Below are positions 35,365 through 47,279 of a stretch of DNA of 64,000 nt, piece after piece. The notes beneath the pieces are model-generated. The model had not been told where the DNA came from. It did no database searches and was given only the letters and a program-made list of their open reading frames with translations. Source of the DNA: Mobula hypostoma. Lineage: Eukaryota. The DNA is taken from assembly GCF_963921235.1 (NCBI RefSeq), contig NC_086097.1, forward strand, positions 66,714,001 to 66,778,000. Direction: 5' to 3'. Each line of letters starts with the position of its first letter. Position 1 is the stretch's first letter. The translations under genes were made by a program, and so were the position numbers.

Positions 35365-35760
35365 AGCAAGCAACACACATCAAAGTTGCTGGTGAATGCA
35401 GCAGGCGAAGCTGCATCTGTAGGAAGAGGTGCAGTCGATGTTTCAGGCTGAGACCCTTCGTCAGGACTAACTGAAGGAAGAGTGAGTAAGGGATTTGAAA
35501 GTTGGAAGGGGAGGGGGAGATCCAAAATGATAGGAGAAGACAGGAGGGGGAGGGATGGAGCCAAGAGCTGGACAGGTGATAGGCAAAAGGGGATACGAGA
35601 GGATCATGGGACAGGAGGTCCGGGAAGAAAGACGGTGGGGGGGGACCCAGAGGATGGGCAAGGGGTATATTCAGAGGGACAGAGGGAGAAAAAGGAGAGT
35701 GAGAGAAAGAATATGTGCATAAAAATAAGTAACAGATGGGGTACGAGGGGGAGGTGGGGC
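35365..35760 (-). mobile_element. Penelope-like 3' end/pseudo-LTR fragment
   Basis: Near copy of 5052-5450. Confidence 0.9.
35433..35468 (-). ncRNA. Minimal hammerhead ribozyme motif
   Basis: Minus strand reads AGUC-CUGACGA-AGG GUCUCAG CCU-GAAA-C-AUC-GACU. Confidence 0.75.
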
Positions 35761-35906
35761 AGCTCCTTTTGATTTTGGTAGCAAAATTACTTGTCTCAGA
35801 ATAACCTTCCTACTTTTGTGTGTAACAGTTCCATCTGGAACAGATAAGAAAGCTAGTTTTCAAATCCTTGGTAACCTTTGAAATCTTAATTTACATCCTA
35901 GATTTA

Positions 35907-37531
35907 GAGTGCCTATAAAAAGTATGCAAGTCCCTTGGAAGTTTTCATGTTTTGTTGTTACAAGATTGAATCACAGTGGATTTAATTTTTCTTGCTTGAC
36001 ACTGATCAACAGAAAAGGACTCTTTTGTGTCAAAGTGAAAACAAATTTCTACAAAGTGATTTAAATTAATTGTAAATATAAAAGACAAAATAATTAATTG
36101 CACAAGTATTCACCCCCCCCCTCTTAATATGACACACCAAGTAATCACTGGTGCAGCCATTTGGTTGTAGAAGTCACATAATTAGTTAAATGGAAATCTG
36201 CTTTCGGAGACCTACATGCATTCAAGGTGTTTCAAATGATTGTGGTAAAAATATACCTGGAAGGTCCAACTGCTGGTGAGTATCCGGAAAAAAACTACAC
36301 CATGAAGACAAAAGAACACTTAAAGCAACTCTGCTAAAAGGTTATTAAAAAGCACAAGTCAGGAGATGGGTACAAGAAAATTTCCAAGTCACTGAATATC
36401 CTTTAGAGTACAGTTAAGTCAATCATCAAGAAATGGAAAGAATATGGCACAGCTGTGAATCTGACTAGAGCAGGCCATCCTTAAAAACTGAGTGACCATA
36501 CAAGAAAGTGACTAGTGGGGGAAATCACCAAGAGACCTATGACATCTCTGGAGGAGTTACAAGCTTTAGTGGCTGAGATGGGAGAGACTGTGCATACAAC
36601 TATTGCCCGGGTACTTCACCAGTTGCGGCTTTATGGGAGAGTGGCAAAGACACAGCCACTGTTGAAAAAAACACATGTAATCTCAGCTAGAGTTTGACAG
36701 AAGGCATGTGGGAGACTCTGAAGTCAGCTGGAAGAAGGTTCTATGATCCGATGAAACCAAAATTCAGATTTTTGGCCATCAGATTAAACAATATGTTTGG
36801 CATAAGCCAACACTGCACATCATCAAAAACACACCATCCGTACCATGAAACATGGTAGTGGCTGCATCACGCTGTGGGGATGCTTCACTGCAGCAGACCC
36901 TGGAAGGCTTGTGAAGGTAGAGAATAAAATGAATGAAGCAAAATACAGGGAAATCCTGGAAGAAAACCCGATGCAGTCTGCAAGAGAAGTGCAACTTAAG
37001 AGAAGATTGGTTTTCCTGCAAGACAATGATTCCAAGTATAAAGCCAAAGCTACAACGGAATGGCTTAAAAACAACAATGTTAGTGTCCTGGAGTGGCCAA
37101 CTCTCACTTGACCTCAGTCCAATTGAGAATTTGTGGCTGCACTTGGAAAAAGGGCTGCTCATTCACAATCCCCATGCAATCTGACAGAGCTTGAGCAGTT
37201 TTGTAATAAAGAATGGGGAAAAATTGTGGTGTTCAGATGTGCAAAGCTGGTAGAGACCTACCCACACAGACTCAAGGCTGTAATTGTTGCCAAAGGTGCA
37301 TCTACTAGATACTGACTTGAAGGGGTGAATAATTATATAATCAATTATTCTGTGTTTTATATTTGTGATTAATTTAGATCACTTTGTAGAGATCTGTTTT
37401 TACTTTGACACGAAAAAGTCTCTTTCTGGTGATCAGTGTCAAAAAAAGATTAAATCCACTGTGATTCAATGTAGTAAAACAATAAAACATGAAAGCTCCC
37501 AAGGGGGTGTGAATACTTTTTGTAGGCACTG
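35907..37531 (+). mobile_element. Full-length Tc1-family DNA transposon (IR/DR type), decayed
   Basis: TA on both flanks; ends gagtgcctataaaaagtat / atactttttgtaggcactg; inverted repeats of about 210 bp with inner aagtattcacccc / ggggtgaata. Confidence 0.95.
36302..37315 (+). pseudogene. Tc1 transposase pseudogene
   Basis: MKTKEH...GYKKISKSLNI (HTH); SDETK; KHGSGCITLWGCF; FLQDNDSKY; DLSPIENLW; multiple stops and frameshifts. Confidence 0.92.
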
Positions 37532-37899
37532 TACATACAAAGTATTAGAAACTAACATTTATAATTAACCTTATAATAAGCCTTATAATTAACATTTAAA
37601 AAGGGGAATTCAATTATTTTGTTATTACTTATTGTATTGTGCAAGCAAATATGTTTATTTCATTCCAATCTCTGGTAATGAGAATCACAATTACTTGCTT
37701 CTTTTAGAGACTAGGTTGTGCGATTTAATGTTCACAATGGGCATTTTCCTGCAAGTCACTGGTTTGGGAGACAGTTTTTTAATTAGTGGGATTTCTGGGT
37801 TTTTTTCCAAGTATGAAGCTAAAAAACTTAGGTGAAATTAGAATTTTAAAACTATTCATAACAGAAAATCTTTGTTGCACTGGGAGATATAATGCAAGC

Positions 37900-39162
37900 C
37901 ACTTTTCTCTTCTGCATTAGCATGAGATATGGGCAGGCAGGAACAAATGAGGTGTTTATAGAGTGTAAGAAATGCAAGAGAACACTCAAGAAAGAAATCA
38001 GGAGGGCTAAAAGAAGACAAGGTTGCCTAGCAGACAAGGTGAAGGAGAGTCTTCAGGGATACTGCAGATATGTTAAAAGCAAAAGGATTGCAAGGGACAA
38101 AATTGGTCCTCTGGAAGATCAGAATGGTAATCCATGTGCGGAGTCAAAAGAGATGGAGGAGATCTTAAATGGATTTGTTTGCATCTATATTTTCTCAGGA
38201 GATGGACTCAGAGTCTATAGAAGTGAGGCAAAGTAGCATCATGGATCCTATAGTGATACAGAGGAGGAGATCTTTACTTTCTTGAGGCAAATTAAGGTGG
38301 ATAAATCCCCAGGGCCTGTCAAAATGTTCCCGCAGACCCTGTGAGAGGCAAGTGCAAAAATTGCAGGGGCCCTGGCAGAGATCATCTTTAGCAACAGGTG
38401 GGATACCAGAGGATTGGAAGATAGCTAGTGTTGTTCCGCTGTTTGAGAAAGGCTCTAAAAATATGCCAGGAAATTATAGGCCGGAGACCCTGACATCAGT
38501 GCTGGGAAAGTTATTGGAAGGTATTCTAAGGGACCGGATATAGGAGTATTTGAATAGACATGGACTGATTATGAATAGTCAGCATGGCTTCATGCGTTGT
38601 AGTTCATGCCTCATCAAAGTTGTAGAGATTTTTGAGGATGTTACCAGGAAAGCTAATGAAGGCAGGGCAGTGGATGTTGTCTACATGGAGTTTAGCAAGG
38701 CATTTGACAAGATTCCACATGGGAGATTGGTCAAGAAGGTTCAATTGCTTGGCATTCAAGATAAGGTAGAAAATTGGATTAGATATCGACTTTGTGGGAG
38801 AAGCCAGAAAGTGGTAGTAGATGGTTGTCTCTCTGACTGGAGGCTTGTGACTGGTGGAGTGCGACAGGGATTGATGCTGAGTCCGTTGTTGCTTGTCATC
38901 TATATCAACGATCTGGATGATAATGTGACTAACTGGATCAGCAAATTTGTGGATGACACCAAGATTGGGAGTGTAGTGGACAGTGAGGAAGACTATCGAA
39001 GCCTGCGGGGGAATCTGGACTAGCTGGTAAAATGGGCTGAAAAATGGCAAATGGAATTTAATGCAGTCAAATGCGAGGTGTTGCCCTTCAGTAGGAGCAG
39101 CCGGGGTATGTCTTACACAGTAAATGGTAGCACACTGCGGAGAGCGGTAAAACAAAGGGATT
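37900..39162 (+). mobile_element. CR1 ORF2 middle fragment
   Basis: ORFs 37892-38236, 38352-38543 and 38550-39023 (FSKAFDKIPH, KFVDD). Confidence 0.92.
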
Positions 39163-39279
39163 ACAGGTACTTAAGCAGCTTTGAAAATGAAGTAAATTAT
39201 GGGGCAATCTTGACATTTAATCCTAATTATTAATGAATGTATAAAAATTCTGTGAGTTTACTGGAATGATAAGTAGTTT

Positions 39280-42200
39280 GTCATCTGGGGAAAGATTAGC
39301 CAAACTGGATGCTCTGACTGTGCAGATTAAAAGAAAGTGAAGTGATCTCATTGAAGTGAAAAAATTCCGAAGGGCTATGACAAACTCCTTTGAAGCTGAT
39401 GCTTCCTATGGCTGAGGTGTCTAGAACCAGGGGCCACAACTGTAAAGAGATCAACTGTTGAAGGCAGAGATGAGAAGAGATTTCTCTACCCCAAGGTATA
39501 CAATCCAGCGGCTCAGTCACTGAGAATATTCAGGAGAAAGGTCCATAGGGTTTTATATATCAATGGAATTGAGGAATATGGGATTAGACCATAAGACCAC
39601 TAGATATTAGAGCAGAATTAGGCCAATGGCCCATTGAGTTTTGCTCTGTCATTTGATCATGGCTGATCCACTTCCTTCTCAGCGCCATTTATCCTGCCTT
39701 CTCCCCAAAACTTTTCACATCCTGACTAATCAAGAATCTATCAACCTCTGCTTTAAATACACTCATTGACCTGGCCTCCATAGCCACCTGTGGCAATGAA
39801 ATGCACAGATTTACACCCTCTGGCTAAAGAAATTATTCCTCATCTCCATTCTAAATGGACACCCCTTTATTCTGCGATTGTGCCCTCTGGTCCTAGACTC
39901 CCCCACTATAGGAAACAACCTCTCCTAGGCCTTTCAACATTCGATAATGAGATCGCCTCCCTCATCCTTCTAAATTCCAGCGAGTACAGGCCTAGAGCCA
40001 TCAAATACTCTTTGTATGATAAGCCTTTCAATCCCAGAATCATTTTTGTGAACTTCCTTTGAACCTTCTCCAATGTCTGCATATCTTTTCTTAGATGAGG
40101 GGCACAAAATTGTTCACAATTCTCCAAGTGAGGCCTTATCTATGCATTATAAAGCCTCAGCATTACATCCTTATTTTAATACTCTAGTCCTCTCAAACTG
40201 AATGCTAATATTGCATTTACCTTCCTCATCACCGACTCAACCTACTAGTTAACCTTTAGGGAATCCTGCAAAAGGACTCCAAAGTCCCCTTGCACCTCAG
40301 ATTTTTTTTAATTGTCTCCCTGTTTAGAAAATAGCCTATGCTTTTATTCCTTCTACCAAAGTATATGACCACACACTTTTTGACACTGTATTTCACCTGC
40401 CATTTCTTTGCCCATTCTTCTAATCTGCCTAAGTCCTCCTTCAGCCTCTTTGCTTTCTCAACACTACCTGCTCCTCCACCTATCTTCGTATCGTCTGTAA
40501 ACTTGGCCACAGAGCCATCAATTCCATTACCTAAATCATTGACATATAGCATAAAAAGCAACGATCCCAACACTGACCCCTGTGGAACACCACCAGTCAC
40601 TGAAGCCACTCCCTTTATTCCCATTCTTTGCCTCCTGTCAACCAGCCAATGCTCTATCCATGCTACTACCTTTCCTGTAATACTATGGGCTATTATCTTC
40701 TTAAGTAGTCTCTCGTGTGGCACCTTGTCAAAGTCCTTTTTAAAATCCAGGTACACAACATCCACCAATTTTCCTTTGTCTACCCTGTTTGTTATTTCCT
40801 CACAGAATTCCAACAGATTTATAAGGCAAAATTATCCCTTAAGGAAATCAAGCTGACTTTGGCCAATTTTATCATATGCCAGAAGAACCCCCAAACCTCA
40901 TCCTTAACAATTGACTTGCACATCTTTCCAACAACTAAGGTCAAGCTAACTGGCCTATACTTTCCTTTCTTCTGCCTCCCTCCCTTCTTGAAGAGTGGAG
41001 TTACATTTGCAATTTTTCTGTCCTCTGCAACCATTCCAGGATCTAGTGATTCTTGAAAGATCATTACTAATGCCTCCACAATTTCTTTGGCTACCTCTTT
41101 CAGAACCCTTGAGTGTAGTCTATCTGGTCCAGGTGACTTATCTACCTTCAGGCCTTTCAGCTTCCCAACCACCTTCTCCTTGATAATAGCAACTACACCC
41201 TCTTCTACACCCTGATATTCTCAGACATCCAGCATACTGCTAGTGTCTTCCACAGTGAAGACTGAAGCAAAATACTTATTCAACTTATCTGCCATTTCCT
41301 CCTCCACCTTTACTATCACTCCAACATCATTTTTGAGCAGTCCGATATCTACTCTTGCCTCTCTTTTACTTTTTCATATATATAAAAATATCTTTTGGTA
41401 TCCTCTTTGATATTACCGGCTAGCTTAGAGTAATTTTTCATCTTCTTGCTCCTTATGGCTTTTTGGATTGCCATCTGGTGATTTTTAAAATTTCCCAGTA
41501 CTCCAACTTCCCACTAATTTTTGCTCTGTGATATGTCTTGTCTTTTGCTTTTATGTTGGCTTTGAGTTCCCTTGTCAGTCATGGTTGTGTCATCCTGCTT
41601 TTAGAATACTTACCCTTTGAAATATATCTATTCTACGCCTTCCAAATTGCTCCCAAAAACTCCAGCTATTGCAACTCTGTTAGTGTCCCCTTCCAGTCAA
41701 CTTTGGCCAGCTCCTCTCTCATGCCTCTCTAATTCCCTTTATTCCACTGTAATATTGATACATCTGACTTTTGCTTCTCCCTCTCAAATTACAGTGTGAA
41801 GTCTTTCAGTGTGAACCCTTAGGAGTCAGTGAATTATGTTCACTGACTCCTAAGGGTTCCTTCACCTTCAGCTCCCTAATCAAATCTGGTTCATTACATA
41901 ATACCCAATCCAGAATAATTGATAACCCAGTGGGTTCAACCACAAGTTGCTCTAAGACCCCATCTCGTATGTATTCTACAAATTCTGTCTCTTGGGATCC
42001 AAAATCAGCACTATCCTGATTTTCCCATTCTACCACATATTGAAATCACCCATGACTATTGTAACATTGTCCTTTTGACATTCCATTTCTATCTCCTCTT
42101 ATAATTTATAGCCCACATCCTGGCTACATGGGGTTCAGATATAACCCATTCCATTTGCATTGGTCATCCCTTCCACTGAAGTGATCTGAGTGATCCAAAA

Positions 42201-42620
42201 CTTGAAGCCCTATCCCCTGCATCAGATTCCCAGCCATGCATTCATCTGCCAAATCATCCTATTCTTACCCTCTCTAGTGCATGGCACAGGCAGCAATTGA
42301 GAGATTACTACCTTGGAGGTCCTGCTTTTCAGCTTTCTACCTAACTTCCTAGATCTCTCTTCAGGACTTCCTCTATTTTCCTACCTTTTTCACTGGTGCC
42401 AATATGTACCAAGACTTCTGGCAGCTCACCCTCCCACTTTAGAAAGCTGTGAGCCCTATACGAGACGTCCCTGACCTTGGCACCTGGGTACCAACATATC
42501 ATCAAGGTGTCACCATCATATCCACAAAATCTCGTGACTACTCCTCTAACAATGGAATCCCCTATCACTACTGCAGTCCTCTTCTTCCCCCACCCCACCT
42601 ACCACCACTTACCTTCTGAG
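39280..42620 (-). mobile_element. CR1 element, ORF1 remnant to 3' end (39590-42620), next to an older + strand CR1 end (39280-39585)
   Basis: ORFs 39906-40127, 40256-40813, 40819-41172, 41806-42036 and 42341-42598 (VVIGDSIVRG). Confidence 0.9.
41813..41859. repeat. Perfect 21-bp inverted repeat with a 5-nt loop
   Basis: gaacccttaggagtcagtgaa-ttatg-ttcactgactcctaagggttc. Confidence 0.95.
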
Positions 42621-43792
42621 CCACAGCGCTTGACTTAGTGCACTTTGAATTAGTGCAGGAAGAAGTCAATAAGATAAAAGTTTTACCATGATGTTATTGA
42701 ACATCAAAGAAGACATGAAGTGCTGAAAACCTGTATTTTTTATGTTTTTCTTTTCTGACAGCTGCTATACATCTGTCGTGATAAGTATGGATGCATCACA
42801 CAGTTATTATCAAACAATGAATTTGAACATGAGTTTTGAAATCATTGACTGCTTTGGCTCAAGTTCTGGAGAGTTTGGTTTAGTATATGAGTTCATTTAT
42901 GAACTAAGAGTTTTTGTCTCTAATTTTTTTTTCCTAGGGGAAGGACAGATTGGTATTTAAGTTAGCACCTGTTTCTGTGTTATAGTAACAAAACCCAAGT
43001 CATTTTATCATCCACATGGCAAGCTGGGTCACTGTCCATTCTTTCCTGCCCGTTGATTGGGCTAGCAGCCACTCACCAACACCATGTAGGTTACAGTATT
43101 GGCCACTGGGCAATTAGCAAATTGGCACAGATTAGGATGAGAAGAATCTTGTAGCTGTCTTTGCAGGACACAGGGAACACCTCTGATACTCCTGTCTGCA
43201 AAAAAAAACAAAATACATATATGTACCTCTGTCTACTTTCCCATTCTCTTTGTGAATCCCACTGAATCACAGTCTGCAATCCAATGAAAATTATGGTAGA
43301 TTCATAATGGGATATATAAACCTAACTGAGGCACACACATAAAACCTTCTGCAAGATCACCAGTCTATTAATCTCCTTTCTGATTAAACTACTGATTAAT
43401 TCCAGGGCAATAAGTAACCTGTTTGATTATAATTGTCCATTATATTGGTTTCTGCCGCATGAGCCAACATAAAAGAGTTAAAACTTTAAGTGCTAAAATT
43501 GGTAACAAATTGCAAGATTATAATTTGCAATAAAACACAGTATGTTCATTGTTAGCTGTGTAGTTGAGCAAGATAGATAGAAGAAAGGGCATTTTGTCTT
43601 TCATGGCGTCAGGGAAACAATATGTTATTCAGCTAATTAAAAATTAGGGAATGTGTCCAACATTGTAATGTGAAGAAATGCAGCAAACAAATCTGATTGC
43701 TGCAAAGTCCCACAAAAAGCAATCAGAGTATCAGCAAATGAATTTGCTCAAGTCTCTGAAAAGAGCCTTGAAACCAGAATCATCATTTTCAG

Positions 43793-45062
43793 AAGTTCAA
43801 AGTTCAAAGTAAAATTTATTATTGGAGTACAGACATGCCACCACATACAACCCTGAGATTCATTTCCTGTTGGCATACACAGCAAATCTATAGAACAGTA
43901 AATGTGAACAGGATCAATGAAAGATCAAAAGCATAGAAGACAACAAATCGTGCAAATGCAAGTATAAATAAATAGCAATAAATAATGAGAGCAAGAAATA
44001 ACAGGATAAAGAGTCCTTAAAGTGAGATCATTGGTTGTGTGAACATCTCAATGGATGAGTGTAGTTATTCCCTTTTGTTCAAGAGCCAGATGGTTGAGAG
44101 GTAGTAACTGTTCTTGAACCTGGTGGTACGAGTCCTGAGGCTCTTGTACCTTCTACCTGATGGCAGCAGCGAGAAAAGAGCATGGCCTGGTGGTGAGGAT
44201 CGCTGATGATGGATGCTGCTTTCCTACAACAGTGTTTTATGTAGTAGATGTGCTCAATGATTGAGAGGGTTTTGCCCATGATGTACCGGGCCAAATACAT
44301 TACCTTTCGTAGGATTTTCTGTTCAAAGGCATTGGTGTTCTCAAACCTTGCCAAAATGCAGCCAGTGAACCACACATCTGCAGAGGTTTGTCAAGGTTTC
44401 TGATGTCATGCTGAATTTCCACAGACTCCTGAGGAAGTAGACGCACTGTCGTGCTTTCTTTGCAATTACATTTATATGATGGGTCCAGGACAGGTCCTCT
44501 GAGATAGTGACACCCAGGAATTTAAAGTTACTGATCCTCCGATGAGGACTGGCTCGTGGACCTCTGGTTCCCCCACCCCACCCCTTCCTGAGGTCTACAA
44601 TCACTTCCTTGGTCTTGCTGACATTGAATGAGGGGTTGGTGTTGTGACACCACTCAGCCAGATTTTCCATCTCACTCCTGTATGTTGATTCATCACCACC
44701 TTTAATACAGCCCACAACAGCGGTGTGCAAACTTGAATATAGTGTTGGAACTGTGCTTAGCCACGCAGTCGCAGGTGTCAAGCGAGTAGAGCAGGGGGCT
44801 AAGCACACAGCCCAGTGGTGCTCCTGTGCTGATAGAGATTGTGGAGGAGATGTTGCCAATCCAAATGGACTGGGGTCTGCAAGTGAGGGAAAACCAGGAT
44901 TCAATTGCACAAACGGCTATTGAGGCCCTGGTCTTGGAGTTTACTGATTCGTTTCAAGGGAATGATGATATTAAATGTTGAGCTGTAATTGATCAAGACA
45001 ATCCTGATGCATGCACCTTTGTTGTCCGGATATTCCAAGGTTGTGTGAAGAGCCAATGAATG
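43793..45062 (-). mobile_element. Rex1 RT to 3' end
   Basis: ORFs 44341-44910 and 44901-45125 (IVLINYSSTFNIIIP; FKFLGVTISEDLSW; KKARQCVYFLRSL); tail agttcaaagttcaaagt. Confidence 0.9.
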
Positions 45063-45664
45063 CCAAGAAATACACCAGAATGGTAAATATTGCTGCCATA
45101 TTAAATGAGGCCAGATTTTTCCCAAAGAAGATACAGTGTATGTAATCTCCTCAAGTACTGTAATGAAATGACATTAGGCTTGCATACTATTTTTCTGTTT
45201 CATCCCAAAACACTGGGTCAACTGACTGAGATTGGAAACAAATACAACATAATATTAATGTGGAATTTCCATCTGTATGATTCCATTTTTTTCTGGGATG
45301 CCAGCGTCACTGGTAAAACCTGCACTTACTGTGCATCCCTTTTTCCCTTGAGTAGCTGGTGGTTGGCCATCTTCTTGAATTCTTGCAATCATTCTGGAGA
45401 AGATATTCCCACAATGCACTTGGTTAAACAGTTAAAGGATTTAGTGGTGAAGGGATTGTTTTGCATTTCCAGATGAGGAGGGTGTGAAACTTGGTAATGA
45501 TGTTCCTGCGTGCCTGCTACCCATGGTGCCAGGGGTCACGGATTGGGAAGTGCTCTTGGAGTAAGTACTGTGCCTTTTGCAGATGGTACATACTGCGCCA
45601 TTATGCACTTGTGGTGGAGGGGGTAAATGTTTACAGTGGTGGAAATGCATGCTTTTTTTCTTGG

Positions 45665-45875
45665 ATGGTGTCCCACCACCGTCTGTAAGGAGTTTGTATG
45701 TTCTCCCCATGATCATATGAGTTTCCTCCCACAGTCCAAAGATGTGCCAGCTGGTGGGTTAATTGGTCATTGTGAATTGGGCTAGGGTGAAGTTGGGGGT
45801 GGCTGGGAGGTGTGGCTTGAAGGGCCAGAAGGGCCTATTCTGTACTGTATCTCCATAATTAAATAAATAAATTGA
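45665..45875 (+). mobile_element. V-SINE (HE1-like) fragment with a CR1-type tail
   Basis: ggagtttgtatgttctcccc...gtttcctcccacagtccaaagatgt; tail gaagggcctattctgtactgtatctc. Confidence 0.75.
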
Positions 45876-47279
45876 ATAAGTAACATGAGTGTTGTCAGAA
45901 CTGCACTTAGCAAGGAGATTGTAAAATGTTCCTTAACATTCCTGACATGCTGCAATGGTGGAAGGACACTGTGTTGTCAGAGTTAATCTTTTGCCTCCAG
46001 ATACCCAGGTTCTACCTGCCCTTGAAACCAAGATATATATTTAGCTTCCCTGGTTAAGTGCCTGGTCAGTGGTGACTCCAGGATATTAATGGTAGGAGGA
46101 CTCAGTGATGGTAATACTGCAGTCAAGGGTAGGCGGTTAACTTTTGTCTGATTGGGAGATGGCCTTTGTTTGACACTGTAGTGTACGTATGTTATTTATC
46201 AGACTATGTTGATGGAGAAGCAAAATACAACCAAGAAATCCAGAGTCGTGCAGAAAAGCTTTATCGTGTAATGCTGATTAATCAGGAGAATAGCCCAGAA
46301 AGTTTTAGAGACTGTTCTGTCAAAGCACAGTTTCTTCCTGCTTATACAGTATCTTTGCATCCAAAGTGTTAATTTAATCAATGTCTATGTATTGCAATTG
46401 ATTCTGTCCACATCTCATCCTGTGCTTGGAGTTATAAGGTTAATGTTAATCAGATCAATCTTATAATACTTCATCAAGTATTCCACAATGGTTTCCAGAC
46501 AGGTCAGAATTAACTAAGAGGTCCTTGCAAGCCTCCCTTTCTTTCCACCACAATATGCTCCAAGGTGCAGCCATGCCCAAGCACCAATAGGAATTGCTCC
46601 TCTGTTTCTGCCCTTAACCCTTGGGTCTGTCTATTGGTTAATTCCTGCTTTTCCTTATTCCTTTCTACAGTTGTCTACCTTTTGCTCCAGGCAGATATGG
46701 TCTACTTCATTTGTTAAAGAGTTTCAAAAGCAATTGATACAAGCAAGCATCAGCAAGCAGCCTCACTTCTCAAAGTGGAGGCTCATTGGTGAAGGATTTG
46801 AAGGTAGCAGGACACTGCCCTGAGCAACTCTTGCAGTGATGTCTTGAGACTGGGATAATATGTGAAGAACTCTGCCAATGTCACCTTCCGGCTTTTTAAT
46901 GATCAAGGAAAGGCTGTGTTGTGACTTTGAACGAGACAAATGGAGACCAGGGCTGTAGAGGTAACAACTGTTTATCCATCAGCTATGTAGAGGAGATATG
47001 GCAGAAAAATCTCTTGGGAGAATCTCACAGGAGAACCTCCTTAACTCACAGTGCACTGAGATTTTATACTCTTTAAACACCCTTTCAATAGTTGCAATTA
47101 CATAGTTAAATATTTCAGGTGTATATACTTATATTTATGATGGGAGCACTTCTTAACTGACAAAACACCACTAAATATTGAAACACTTTTGTTCATAATC
47201 TAGAACCAGAGCAGCCTTCTTTTACCATTGAATCAAGGATAACTCTCTGAATATACAAGCAATCCAAATATTGAAAGAC

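Noticed and set aside
42742..42960. Plus-strand exon after tttttcttttctgacag (start 42762)
   Set aside because: The acceptor is good, but there is no convincing donor and the peptide is unrecognisable.
45290..46180. Ancient LINE-like remnant around the V-SINE
   Set aside because: It looks repeat-derived, but I could not assign family or boundaries.
46166..46372. Short ORF DYVDGEAKYNQEIQSRAEKLYRV... as an exon
   Set aside because: Weak acceptor, no clear donor and no recognisable homology.
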